From assembly GCA_964016885.1 (NCBI GenBank), contig OZ024742.1, forward strand, positions 3,596,001 to 3,660,000: 64,000 bases of DNA. Direction: 5' to 3'. Of the stretch, positions 1-13,422 are shown piece by piece (the stretch's first letter is position 1; the number at the start of each line of letters is the position of its first letter). The translations under genes and the position numbers were made by a program. Source of the DNA: Eledone cirrhosa (taxonomy: Eukaryota). Under the pieces are notes generated by a model. It worked only from the letters and a program-made list of their open reading frames with translations, ran no database searches and had not been told where the DNA came from.

Positions 1-811
1 TCTTTCCTATTAAAACTGTTTTCGTTAAGATTGTCTCATTAGTGGAGACAATGGACAAGAACTTGAAATTATCACATTGAAGCACACGTTACTATATTAC
101 TATTCTGATAGTAAGGGTAGTATGCCACGTCGATTTGATTGGCAGCAGGCCATTGTAGTTGATTAATTGCGTCATCTGTGTTGGAAAAGTCATTTAGAAG
201 ACATTGACACGAATAAAGGAACAAAGTGGTAATATACTATACATAACTCACTACAGACGTTCGTGAGCGCTAACAACGTCTACAAATGAGGCTCTCTATG
301 AAAATACTACTGAATTATAACTAATAACTTAAATTGGGTTGTAATGATCCAGGTTCCAATTGTTACGGTTTAATCCCTACCGAATCCACTTTACGATCTT
401 GGGATAAGAAATCTTTGTGCCTCCATACCACATCTACCAGGACAGGTCGCAGACCCATCGCCAGATTTTACAGCTTGAAATGGAGACTGGAATATATTAT
501 TCGAACAGGCGCTTTTACCTAAAGCATATATTTAACAAAAGAGAAAAAGATTTAAAATTGTGCAGACAAGAATAATTCATGACGAATATTATTATATGAA
601 TGAGCGTGGAAACGTAAACTGCTTCAAATAATATTTCTCTCTTAATCCTTATTTCCGTTTACAGCAAAAGATGTCTTGAATATAACTCCACCATTTTCCG
701 TAGTTCTTTGTCATTCCATTTAGTTCTTACCATAATGGAAATTGTGGCCAGTATATGGTCTGGTCTCTCCATATACCACTGACATTACCTCGGTTTTTCT
801 TTCCAGTTGTC

Positions 812-814
<3 letters not shown>

Positions 815-876
<62 letters not shown>
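815..876. repeat. (CA)n microsatellite
   Basis: Pure CA run. Confidence 0.98.
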
Positions 877-879
<3 letters not shown>

Positions 880-1171
880 CAGAGAAATCACCAATTGAGC
901 GTCTGATTTGCCCCAAAGTTTACGAAAGTGGTAATTTGTTTTATTAAAAATTGTCTGTTGTGTCATTTCTCGTAGATGTAATATATTAACTCCTCTGTCA
1001 GTTTGGTGTTTACCAGTAATACATCTTATAGCAGAATTTTGAAATACGCTGGATAATTTGGGACATGTGAGGTAAAGAATGTTATGGTATGGTTCAATAA
1101 CTCCTGAGGGAGCTGCAGAGGCACCGTATTGACATACAGTGTTTCATAAACATTAAAAGTCTGGCCTAAGT

Positions 1172-1390
1172 ACAGTAGATTTCTTCAAGAGAAGGATAGA
1201 AATTGAGATAGGAAGTGAGAAATATAAATAGACGAAGAATCGAACCCAGTACTGGTCTGGTACCTTTCTATTGACCTCGAAAGCATGAAAGGTAAAGTTG
1301 ATGTCAGCGGGATTAGAGAGCAAAGAGCCAGAACGAATACTCAAAATATTCTAATCAATGTCTTAACGATTCTATCAATTCGCCACCTTG
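1172..1390 (-). mobile_element. tRNA-derived SINE with Nin/Deu-like core
   Basis: Minus strand reads GGTGGCGAATTGATAGAATCGTTAAG...ACTTTACCTTTCATGCTTTCGAGGTCAATAGAAAGGTACCAG. Its tail is shared with 2495-2783 and 29138-29375. Confidence 0.75.
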
Positions 1391-1517
1391 ACGTTGAGAA
1401 TGGTTTGCGTTAAATTGGTAACGAATACAATTATTCCACGAAAGATTCCCCTGCAAAAATAACGAATTTAATATAAAATATGCAAAATGTTGCTTGGGTT
1501 CATACGCGCAGGTTCCA

Positions 1518-1881
1518 TGTTAAGATGTCTTACAGTATTACTTGGGCCCACTCACACAGGACACGTGTTAAGATGTCTTACAGTATTACTTGGGCCCACT
1601 CAAACAGGACACGTGTTAAGATGTCTTACAGTATTACTTGGGCCCACTCACACAGGTTCCATGTTAAGATGTCTTACAGTATTACTTGGGCCCACTTACA
1701 CAGGACACGTGTTAAGATGTCTTACAGTATTACTTGGGCCCACTCACACAGGACACGTGTTAAGATGTCTTACAGTATTACTTGGGCCCACTCACACAGG
1801 ACATGTGTTAAGATGTCTTACAGTATTACTTGGGCCCACTTACACAAGTTCCATGTTAAGATGTCTTACAGTATTACTTGG
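1518..1881. repeat. 48-bp minisatellite, about 7.5 copies
   Basis: Unit GTTAAGATGTCTTACAGTATTACTTGGGCCCACTCACACAGGACACGT repeated head-to-tail, with a TTCCAT/ACACGT variant. Confidence 0.97.
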
Positions 1882-2494
1882 CTAGCTTTTATATTCATTT
1901 GGCTTCATGTTAGAGGTATTGTTTTTCGTGTAAGCATTTATGTGGATCAATAATTTGGTGATTATTAAATAGTTTCACTCTTTTCTGTTGTTATCTATCA
2001 CGTAAGACAACTTTCGTTGTTGATTTTGGAGACCGCATGACAATTTAATTCTTACAAGGACAATACAAAAACATTATTTCAGCTTCCGGACAATAAATAT
2101 TTTCCTCACCAATTTTTACTTAATCACAATATAAAACTTGCAGACGATAATTTCCGTGAATATTTAAGCGAAAATTAATATATCAGTTATTCGTTTAATT
2201 TGTTACACATTTACTGGTTTCAGTCATTGGCTTGCAGCCATGATGTAGAACCATGTTGAATGGCTTTAGTCATTCATATTGAGTCAAGTAATCTCTTTAA
2301 ATTATAAAACTTAGTTCATCGAAAGGAATGCCAACTACACTGAACGGAATGCTAGTGGGCTGATATCACGAGAGAACAGTTATTTTCTTTTACTTTTTCA
2401 CAATAATTCCAACTACATGGGCCGGTAAATATCGAGGGAGACGTAGAGGCAACATATTGAGATAGACGAATCTAGGCCATTTTCTTGAAACCCA

Positions 2495-2783
2495 GTGAAG
2501 GCCATCTCTTCTCCCGATATGAATTCAGCAGATTTCTTCTAAAGAAGGATAGAGAGTGAGAGAATGGGAGTGAAAAAGCGTTATAGAGGAAGAATTGACC
2601 CCAGTATTAGACTGGTACTTTATTATCAACCCCCGAAAGGCTGAAAGTCAAAGTTCACCTCGGTGGAATTTGAACTGAGTGAGCAAAGATATAATTTACA
2701 GATAAGTCCCAGTAAATCTCACTGGCAGAAATACAGGGCCCCAGGAATTTATTTCCTGAAATCCTGGACACAACCTCGCCACC
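2495..2783 (-). mobile_element. SINE, same family as 1172-1390
   Basis: Minus strand has GTTCAAATTCCACCGAGGTGAACTTTGACTTTCAGCCTTTCGGGGGTTGATAATAAAGTACCAG and the shared tail. Confidence 0.7.
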
Positions 2784-3336
2784 GTTTACCGATTACAATA
2801 TTAATAAAAAATAAATATAACTCTTCTTTAGAATATCATGTTCCAGTAAGTGAAAACCAAGTTTAATTATATTTTCGAAGAAAATGATATTTTTGAAAAC
2901 CATTGAAATTAGTAATGTTTTTCTACAAATAACTCGTTGGTGTTAATTTTTCCAGAAAGAAGGTAAAGCTTTGTAATCATTAGAACGTCTGAGATAATAT
3001 ACCTTACAATAGCCGGTTTAGCTATTTGTAAACCTGACCAAGATGAACATTGCCTTCCGTCTATGTGTCTGGGAGCTCAGGAAAAGAAGGTATATTTCTC
3101 CATTATAAAACAACTTGTATATTTTTTAAAATATATAATATCTTTTATTTTATTATATAATAAATTCTGTAGACTTTCTATATATATCTCTTAAATATGT
3201 CATACTTAGAATATATATATATATATTTGTTTTGCGAGGTTTTTTACAGAAGCGAAAACCAACCAAACAGTGAGTCTGTTCTGTTATTATTTCTGGCAAT
3301 ATTATTACAACAATATGACCCTCCCCAAGTATAACA

Positions 3337-3716
<380 letters not shown>

Positions 3717-3721
<5 letters not shown>

Positions 3722-4340
3722 TAAGTATGTATAAGTACATACATATATGTATACAGACGTACACTAGTATGTATATACATACATACATGCACACATATAT
3801 ATATATATGTGTACGTATGGGTTTACTGAACATTTATTATAATGCTCGGTTTGTTTGTAAACAAACAGCCTGCATTTTTAGCCGTACAGTGTTCGGCAAC
3901 CATCGTTGCCTTTTGTTCAACACTGACAAAGGAACGATGAACTAGTTTCTAGCTTATTAACTGTCATCAGCACCGTATACCTTCATGTCAGTCGATTGGA
4001 CGTTTGAAAGTATATACTTTCCTTATGCCTATTAACTGCTGAGCAACCTAATTTGCATATCGAGTGAGTTAGTCGGCCGGGTGTACCGAAAACGATAAAT
4101 GGAAAAAATGAAATTTTATTTCTCACTCTTAGTACGGCTGTTTCTTTACAAACAAACCGAGCATTATAATAAATGTTCGGTAAACCCATACGTACATATA
4201 TATATGTGTGTGTGTTTGTGTGTGTGTGCACGTATGTATGTATATACATACTACTGTACGTCTGTATACATATATGTATGTACGTATACTTACTTATATT
4301 TAAGTATCAGCTGTACTAAGAGTGAGAAATGAAATTTCTC
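3717..4340. mobile_element. Fold-back element with internal HHR-like motif
   Basis: About 3720-3870 is the reverse complement of about 4135-4300. Related sequence at 53120-53235. Confidence 0.75.
3934..3976 (-). ncRNA. Minimal type I hammerhead candidate
   Basis: acggtg-CTGATGA-cagttaataagcta-GAAACTAGTT-catcgt. Stem I has 6 bp including one G-U. Stem III is palindromic. Stem II is imperfect. Confidence 0.55.
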
Positions 4341-4354
4341 TCTCTCTAACTCTC

Positions 4355-4419
<65 letters not shown>

Positions 4420-4421
<2 letters not shown>

Positions 4422-4893
4422 TTTTGTCTTTGCGTGCTATTGTTCTCCACGCCCCACATTGACGTATTATCTTCGTTTTTTCATTCATTGCCAGAGAACG
4501 TTTCTATGCACCACCTAAGAGAACATTAGTCTACGACCTCTTTTATACCATAAACGTGGTTCTGTCTTTGCGCGTAATTGACTTTCACCGCTCCTATTAA
4601 TGACGTATTATTCGTTTTTTTCCCTTCTTTGCCAGCGAACGTTTCCACGAACCAAAGTATCGTCTTCCTGTCTTCCTCCGGTTGCAACGTTTTTTGAAAT
4701 ATTTTCTTCTGCGTTCACAGATTGACTTTGTTAGTTTCAGAAGATCCCGTTAAGGGTGAAAGCAGCGATTCTTTGCTTAAACTTTAATCTGTTATTTTAA
4801 TAAATATTTGCTCTACGCTTCTTATATATTTGATATATATCTATCCTTATCGAGCCCTCTTTGGATTTTAGTCTTCAAATTTATTATTGTTAC
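4420..4893 (+). mobile_element. 3' terminal fragment of PLE family 2 between (TA)n tracts
   Basis: 4637-4893 matches the reverse complement of 54302-54560, downstream of the PLE-2 ORF. The upstream part matches 16550-16750 and 19400-19590. Confidence 0.85.
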
Positions 4894-4912
4894 TATATAT
4901 ATATATATATAT

Positions 4913-5373
4913 AGTTGTTATATAGTAAGGTGTATTATTGGTTGTGTCATACGGTCCAATAAACTTTTGGACGCTTTTGTATATCTCCAATTCCATTTAT
5001 GGGAACAGCTAGTTGATGTAAAACGGAGTATTTGTATCAAAATAAAGATCCAAAGGCATGGTATACATTTCCAATCATTTTAATCACGGCACATGTTTCA
5101 AGAAGAGATAGATCGATAGTGCGGCTTGATCGATTATCACTGATGTCGTCAGGTGAAAATGAATTGTCTTCAAATCATTGATATGAGGAAGAAGACTCTA
5201 GTGAGTGAACATCGTTAAATTTTCTCCCTCATATCAAGGATTTGAAGACAATTCATTTTCACCTGACGAGTACAGTGATAATCGATCATGGCCGCACGAT
5301 CGATCTATCTCTTCTTGAAACATGTGTCGTGATTAAAATGATCGGAAATTTATACCATGCCTTCGGATCTTTA

Positions 5374-5374
<1 letters not shown>
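4913..5374. mobile_element. Fold-back HHR-bearing insert
   Basis: Arms at about 5042-5190 and 5227-5373 are imperfect inverted repeats. Flanked by (TA)n and (CT)n(TA)n. Confidence 0.85.
5259..5332 (+). ncRNA. Type I hammerhead with extended stem II
   Basis: tcac-CTGACGA-[47 nt including the atcgatc/gatcgat hairpin]-GAAAC-ATGT-GTC-gtga. The mirror copy at 5084-5156 (-) has GCC instead of GTC. Confidence 0.75.
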
Positions 5375-5451
<77 letters not shown>

Positions 5452-6518
5452 ACGCTAACTACATTTGTTGTTTAGATGGTGTAGTAACATATGTATAGAC
5501 GAAAAACAACACACAGCAGGTGAAATGATATTTTCAATTACCCCTTACAAGATTTCTTTATCAATAGATAACAGAATACAGATGTAAGAGCTGGAAAAAA
5601 CATGAAGTATGATATAGTAAAAAGAAATGTTGTTTGCATAGTGAAAAGATATTACTATAGCTAATATCATACATCATGTGATATAATAAAAGAAAGAATA
5701 CCACAGGAAGGAAAAGTATATCTACCATTGTCATGAACTGATTATAAATATGAATTGTCATAAATATTATATTTACAACTCATACATAGAAGCATACAGA
5801 TACACAGACACGTACACACACTGACACGCACATACACAGACACGCACATACACAGAAACACATATATACACAGATACGCACATACATCATGGCTGAGTTA
5901 TACCCAGATATAGAAAAAGAAACTCTGCAAACATTAGTTGGGTGAGCACTCATATATATATATATATATATATCGAGGAATCCTTCCATCTTTACCCCTC
6001 CGTTTGTCCCTCTACTTCCTAATTCTTTTCCCCCTTCCCCTCTCTCTATACTAGTAAATACGATTTTTAAAAATGTTTTTTTATACATTAAGAACCTTTT
6101 ACAAGTAACTTATTCATTATTTTGAAAATTTGGAGGTGAATAACAGTTATTATCGAGTGGCTGCTATTTGCAGTATAGCGATATAAGGTTGCACTTACAC
6201 ATTAAACGGTCGTAAATACCTGCATAAAACCCTTTTTTTTAATGCTTACCTGTGTTTTCTCTTTTATTGTGTATATATATATATATATAGGTTGACAGCA
6301 AGATAAGAGTGTTTAGGAAAGGGCTGTAAAAGTCCCCTCCTGCTGGTTCCATTTCAATAAATGACCTTCGATGAATATAATGGCAGGATGTTTTTCAAAC
6401 TCGCTTCCTATAGCTGAATGAACTCTTAAATTTATTAAGAATACCTTGAACAATTCTGTACATTTATATACATACATATATATATATACATTAATATACG
6501 TATATATATACATTATAC

Positions 6519-6587
<69 letters not shown>

Positions 6588-7115
6588 GAAAGAAGGTTTA
6601 CATGGTTTGCTATACAAAAAAGTTTTTAATCACATAGCTTACATTTGTTTCACTGAACTGGTATGTCTAGAGATCGCTATCCGCTTAATTTTGCGTTACT
6701 CGATCGCCAATACAGAATTATAACCAGTCAGATCTTCGGAGCATGCGAGAATGAAGAAAATACACAGGCAAGAAAAGAAAAGAAAATATGGAGTAGTTAT
6801 GGCATTCAATCAGAACAATAACAACAATTACAACAATGCTATCAATAAACTATTTAAGGAGACCCTGACATTACTTAGGTGGGGGGTATATAATGTATCT
6901 AATGTTACGGCGTGAAAACCAGCTGTCATAAGGCAAAAAGTATCGTAGTGTGTATCAATTTTAAATTATAAAGATAAGCTAGTTTTTACAGTCTTTCTCT
7001 TCATCTTCAACAGTATACATGAGTGGGACCACTGTCAAAGCTCAATAGTTGTAGAGTTAATACAGAGGTTAACGAATTAATATACGCATATATCTACGCA
7101 CACACACACACACAT

Positions 7116-7146
<31 letters not shown>

Positions 7147-7471
7147 AAAATATATATACACATATATGTGTACATAGACACATACATACACATCAATATA
7201 CACTCGTACAAAATTATACATACATGCAAAGAGAAAAGCGTGCTAATTGTAATTATGGCAAAAAGAAGGTAAAGTAACATTGTAGTAGTGAAATGAGAAA
7301 AACTAGGATCTAGGATCAAATGATTGCAGCAGCTGAGAAGGAGTAAGATTGTTGGTAGATGAGGTACTTACAGACAATTGTGTGGTATAGACTTGTGAAG
7401 GAAATAGTATACTTAATGAATATATTTCTGTGGGTAGTAGGTATCCTAATTTAAAGCGTGCACTTATGGGT

Positions 7472-7714
7472 TCCACCACCCTCGCCAGAAAAATATGGGA
7501 ATTGAAGGACAGCAACACTAGCTTCACTATCAACTGGTCGAAGTTGTCGGCTGCTAAAACCTATAGTACAGGGATGTCCTATTGCGGGCTGTGTGATCTT
7601 GAGCTATTGTATATCCTTAGAAATGTTAAAAGGCTACTTAATAATAAGTTAGAAAGATCTATCTTCTGCAGACATAGAATAGCCACTAAATTCATGAGAT
7701 TCAAACCTCCGTGA
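7472..7714 (+). pseudogene. PLE GIY-YIG region C-terminal fragment
   Basis: STTLARKIWELKD...WSKL...CGLCDLE...LNNK...CRHR parallels STSLSSLLWHLK...CDLCIEE...LN...CCRH in the 11413 ORF. Confidence 0.88.
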
Positions 7715-8042
7715 ATCGAACCAACATAACATAGCTTTAAATTAGGATACCTACTACCCACAGAAATATATTCATTAAGTATACTATTTCCTTCACAAGT
7801 CTATACCACACAATTGTCTGTAAGTACCTCAGCTACCAACAATCTTACTCCTTCTCAGCTGCTGCAATCATTTGATCCTAGATCCTAGTTTTTCTCATTT
7901 CACTACTACAATGTTACTTTACCTTCTTTTTGCCATAATTACAATTAGCACGCTTTTCTCTTTGCATGTATGTATATTTTTGTACGAGTGTATATTGATG
8001 TGTATGTATGTGTCTATGTACACATATATGTGTATATATATT

Positions 8043-8088
<46 letters not shown>

Positions 8089-8454
8089 TGTGTGTGTGTG
8101 CGTAGATATATGCGTATATTAATTCGTTAACCTCTGTATTAACTCTACAACTATTGAGCTTTGACAGTGGTCCCACTCATGTATACTGTTGAAGATGAAG
8201 AGAAAGACTGTAAAAACTAGCTTATCTTTATAATTTAAAATTGATACACACTACGATACTTTTTGCCTTATGACAGCTGGTTTTCACGCCGTAACATTAG
8301 ATACATTATATACCCCCCACCTAAGTAATGTCAGGGTCTCCTTAAATAGTTTATTGATAGCATTGTTGTAATTGTTGTTATTGTTCTGATTGAATGCCAT
8401 AACTACTCCATATTTTCTTTTCTTTTCTTGCCTGTGTATTTTCTTCATTCTCGC

Positions 8455-8566
8455 ATGCTCCGAAGATCTGACTGGTTATAATTCTGTATTGGCGATCGAA
8501 AAACGCAAAATTAAGCGGATAGCGATCTCTAGACATACCAGTTCAGTGAAACAAATGTAAGCTATG
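8455..8566 (+). ncRNA. Hammerhead candidate (C4 variant) with about 80-nt stem II domain
   Basis: gct-CCGAAGA-tctgactggt...accagttcagt-GAAAC-AAAT-GTA-agc. Mirror copy at about 6632-6745 (-). Confidence 0.55.
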
Positions 8567-8787
8567 TAATTAAAAACTTTTTTGTATAGCAAACCATGTA
8601 AACCTTCTTTCCTGATTTATTATTACTCCAAGTGTTTACAACATAGGAATTACAGCATACCCGCAGCATCAATAGTAAAACGCCTTGTTGAGTCAAACCA
8701 AGCCAAGCGTTAATATCATCCACTACCTGGAATACCATAACTGGACTTCACCTAAGTGGACTGCATTTAACTATTATTTGTTAATCC

Positions 8788-8819
<32 letters not shown>

Positions 8820-8822
<3 letters not shown>

Positions 8823-9051
8823 CTTGAACACCTTGACCGACCAGTCTCTCAGGCACCAATCGGTGCCGCTGGTCACAGCACGTCGTGCTGTTTTAGCCAT
8901 AAGATAACGCCATCCCACTGGCTGGGCGGGCAGGCCGGTACTCATTTCTACAGCTGAGTAAACTGGTGCAACGTGAAATAAAGTGTCTTGCTCAAGGAAA
9001 CAACACATCACCCGGTCCGAGAATTTAATTCACAACCTTTCGACTGCAAGC

Positions 9052-9053
<2 letters not shown>
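8820..9053 (-). mobile_element. tRNA-derived SINE (CORE/Meta-type central motif)
   Basis: Minus strand has TTTCCTTGAGCAAGACACTTTATTTCACGTTGCACCAGTTTACTCAGCTGTAGAAATGAGTACC. Confidence 0.75.
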
Positions 9054-9124
<71 letters not shown>

Positions 9125-9256
9125 ATATGCAAAAGTTCTATTTAAAATTGTTGGGATACAAGTAAATATTTTATAATTGATATAAAGCACTCGACAAGTT
9201 TTTGGAGTAGATATACGATATTAAATAAATGGAAACTATATTTATAAAACCATATT

Positions 9257-9321
9257 TATTTCATTATACATATTTCAGGTATACCAAATTAAAATATGCT
9301 ATGCCTTCATCAGACAAAATA
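9257..9321 (-). ncRNA. Type I hammerhead in PLE-1 inverted arm
   Basis: tattttgt-CTGATGA-agg..cct-GAAA-TATGTA-TA-atgaaata with an intact core. Confidence 0.75.
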
Positions 9322-10593
9322 CAATATATAAACAGTTTTATAAATAATTTTGACGTACCCTATTAGATGCGACCATTATTTTTGGAAGCTGTCTGGATAG
9401 TCAGATGTTTATAATTATTTTATTAGTTATAGTGTTAAGCACAGTTAGAAAAAAGACGGAGAGAAAGAAAAAAGGAGTGAGAGAAGGAGAGAGAAAAAAA
9501 AGAAGGAGAGAGAGAAAAGGAATGTATGTAGAAAAGAAAGATATATATAAATAGATAGGAGGAAATGAAAAAGAAAGAAAAAAAGAAAGAAAGAAGAAAG
9601 ACAAAAGAAAGCAACAGAGAGATAATAATTCATCATACAGATAGAGAAACTCAAGAGAGAGGAAGTACTATATAGAGAGAGGAGGATATAGTGACAACTT
9701 TACGTCATGTCATATTAAGTTGAATTAACAATTCATATGAAATGAATAATAAAAATGTAAATATCAATATTCATGAATGGGACATATATATATAACATGA
9801 GAAAATAACATTGTTCAATAATGACCATATGTTTAGTTTAAAACCTTGAGGTCAATATACCAAAATCTGAGTTAAACCCTTCAAAAAATACCCTATTTAT
9901 AAAAATACGGATACACATATGTATATATATATACACGCACATGTACGTCCTGAAAAAAGAGAAAATTATGTCTACTCCAGTCAATAATATAGACATACAA
10001 ATGATTTCACTTGATCACTTCTATACATTTCTTGTGTTATATAAATTTCACAGTACATATACATAAAAATACGATTAATATTCATGTCCTCATATATATG
10101 ATTACCGTTCATGTATTAAATATTATGCATATCTGCAACACACATCAACATATACACACACAACCATACATACACATACATATGTATAAATAAATATCTG
10201 CGTGAGTTTTCCAGCATCGTTATGCATATATACAGACACATATACGAAAACATAAATAAACCCTATAAACCTTTTATATGCATGTTAATACACATAAATG
10301 GCCTTTGTATAGAGATAATCAAATATCAATATATTAATATAGTAATATCAAAGCATTAAATATCTTTAAAACACTATAGAATATCTCAAGTTAAAATAAT
10401 ATGTTTTATATATTTATTATAGAAATCTACCCTACCTATATCTCAAACAAGATATTGCAAGGGTAGACATATGAAAGTTATTAGAAGCTATCAGAGTCAA
10501 AAACAAATAAAAAAATAAAAATAATTTAAAAGATTTAGAAGACCCAGTGATTCTACGGATGCCCTTATATTTAGTATAGAAATTTATCTTACG

Positions 10594-10697
10594 TAAATTT
10601 TATTTAATACATTTTATTTAATAAATTTTATTTAATACATTTTATTTAATAAATTTTATTTAATACATTTTATTTAATAAATTTTATTTAATACATT
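10594..10697. repeat. AT-rich short tandem amplification next to the inversion junction
   Basis: TAAATTTTATTTAATACATTTTATTTAA repeated about 3.5 times. Only a partial single copy at the homologous site near 13560-13580. Confidence 0.8.
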
Positions 10698-10955
10698 GGG
10701 AGCATATACATTTCCTCCTATCTATTTATATATATCTTTCTTTTCTGCATACATTCCTTTTTTCTCTCTCCTTCTTTTTTTTCTCTCTCCTTTTCTCTCT
10801 CCGTTTTTTCTTTCTCTCCGTCTTTTTTCTAACTGTGCTTAACACTATAACTAATAAAATAATTATAAACATCTCACTATCCAGACAGCTTCCAAATATA
10901 ATGGTCGCATCTAATAGGGTACGTCAAAATTATTTATAAAACTGTTTATATATTG

Positions 10956-11020
10956 TATTTTGTCTGATGAAGGCATACCATATTTTAATTTGGTATCCCT
11001 AAAATATGTATAATGAAATA
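10956..11020 (+). ncRNA. Hammerhead in 5' pLTR, probably inactive (GAAA to AAAA)
   Basis: Same sequence as the other PLE-1 copies but CCCTAAAA replaces CCCTGAAA. Confidence 0.6.
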
Positions 11021-11200
11021 AATATGGTTTTATAAATATAGTTTCCATTTATTTAATATCGTATATCTACTCCAAAAACTTGTCGAGTGCTTTATATCAG
11101 TTATAAAATATTTACTTGTTGTATGCCAACAATTTTAAATAGAACTTTTGCATATATTCTGCTCCAGTATTATTGAGCGCTTTACATTATAACTGAAAAA

Positions 11201-13422
11201 ATGGAATTCTTTAAGATCTCTTCTTCTCTAAAAGACATACCTCTACCTAGGAACAAAGATTTTATTAAACAATTAATAGAAAAATCAGACTCTTTTATAA
11301 GAAGAATCAGATGGCGTGCTTTCCACTTTGATAAATCTAATCTAAATGAAAATGTTTCAGATTTGGATAAAATTTTCAAATCTAAAAAAAATCCACCCCC
11401 CACAAACTACTAATGGATTTTGAAAACGATATAATTTCTATCATCCAAGGCATCAAATTCAAGAGAAACTTCAAAGGCCAGGACTATTTAAGATGCATTA
11501 AGGATAATATTGAAAGCTTGGAAAAAACAAAGATCTTAGTGAAATCGGACAAAACTAATAACCTTTATGGAGTACAAAAGGACATGTATAACGGCCTTAT
11601 ATTGAAAGAACTAAGGAAAATGTACAAGGTAGCAAGTAAGGACGAACTCGAAAAAATGAATACAGAGGCATCTTGTATAATACATGAATTAGACATTGAG
11701 AATAAAACACAACCCTTCATGCCTAGGAAACCCAAGATCAATATGAAAGATCACAAAAGAAACTTTGAAAATGATTTGCCAGTCAGATTGATTGCACCAT
11801 CAAAATCTGACCTGGGAAAACTTAGCAAAAACATTCTAGACAGGGTAATACAACAAATTAAAAACTTACATAATTTACCTTACTTAAAGTTATGGAAGGG
11901 GACTGGTGAGGTTATTGAGTGGTTTAAAGAAATTAAATATAACTATAATAATAAGTTTATGCAGTTGGATATTGCTAACTACTATTCATCTATCACTCCT
12001 AATCTACTGAATAAGGCACTAAATTACGCATTTAAACATACCGACCTAACTAGCAATGAAATGCACATTATATTATCGGCAAGAAAAACATTGATAGAAT
12101 TTAATAACCAACTATGGACTAGGGCAGATAGAGATAATAATTTCGACATAACTATGGGATCATCAGACTCAGCTCAGGTAACGGACCTTGTGGGCCTATT
12201 TATAATTAATTCGCTACATAGAAAAATATCAGGTGTAACCGGAGGATTATATCGTGATGACATGCTTTTACTTGAAAATAATAGCTGTGAACTAAATAGA
12301 AAAAGAAAACAATTTATACAATTTTTTAATTACCTTAATCTAAAAATAGTAATAGAGAATAACCATAGAATAGTCAATTTTCTGGATGTATCACTAAATC
12401 TCAACACATGTCTTCACTATCCATTTCACAAACTAAATGAGAACTTGAATTATGTCAACTTTAACTCTAATCACCCCAGATCTGTTAACAATACTATAGT
12501 GAACTCTGTTCAAGAACGAATTTCAAGAATTTCATCTAATAAAAATATTTTTGATGAAAAAGCGCAGTATTACAATGAAGCGTTAGCTAGAGCAGGTTAT
12601 AGAGATAAAATTAAATACATCGATAATAATAAGCAAACTAACCAAAATAATAACAATGTTAATTACGGTAACAACTTTAACAACTATAATAGAAAACATT
12701 ACAATCATTCCAAAAGCCGAAAAAGAAATAGAACTAGAAATATATTATGGTTTGCCCCCCCCCCCCCCTTCTCACTAAATATTAAAATCCATATTGCTAA
12801 ACTATTCTTTAATGCTCTTGACAAACGCTTCCCTAGAACACATAAATATCACTCAATTTTTAATAGACACACTATAAAATTAACTTACTCGTCCACCAAA
12901 AATTTAGCACAAAATATTAACAGAATTAATAATAGGAATTTAAAACCTAACCAAAATACCAATAATAACCCAAACAATATTCAATTAAATAACTGTAACT
13001 GTAGAAATAAATCTAACTGTCCGTTAAATAACAACTGCTTAGCTAAAAATGTAGTGTACAATTGTAATGTTAAAACTAATTTAAATTCTTTCAACTATGT
13101 TGGTTCCACCTCGACAGAATTTAAACTTCGCTTCAATAATCATAAGAATTCTTTCACAGATCCAAACAAAAAATCCTCAACTTCGCTATCTAGCCTACTC
13201 TGGCACCTTAAACGAGATAATGTTAAATATTCGATGATTTGGAATATTGTCTCAAAAGTTATTCCTTTTAATTCCTCATCAGAGAGTTGTGATCTTTGTA
13301 TAGAAGAAATATTCTTTATATTAAAGTCCAAAAATTCCCTTAATTTACGGAGCAATTTATTCAGTTGCTGCAGACATACATTGAACTCAACGTTTAAATA
13401 TAAATATAAATTTAAAATGTAG
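11201..13422 (+). CDS. PLE polyprotein (RT plus C-terminal GIY-YIG) split by one frameshift near 11411; Naiad-like by motif (tentative)
   Basis: N-terminal SLKDIPLP; VKSDKT; RT motifs LDIANYYSSI, TMGSSDS, LYRDD and FLDV; CNCRNKSNCPLNNNCL; VVY..YVG..FKLRFNNH; CDLC and CCRH. Confidence 0.93.

Larger units (their letters stand above)
6583..8790 (+). mobile_element. 5'-truncated PLE family 3 with about 875-bp inverted arm
   Basis: 6583-7457 is the reverse complement of 7732-8616. The centre encodes a PLE endonuclease C-terminus. (TA)n on both sides. Confidence 0.9.

Noticed and set aside
1518-1881. CRISPR-like array
   Set aside because: Units are contiguous with no unique spacers, there are no cas genes, and the context is eukaryotic.
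5515-5570. Minus-strand TTGATAA..GAAA motif
   Set aside because: No stem I or stem II pairing found.
11409-11415. TAATG stop-restart as programmed reinitiation
   Set aside because: PLEs normally have one ORF, and a 1-nt deletion or sequencing error explains it more simply. It cannot be supported from one copy.
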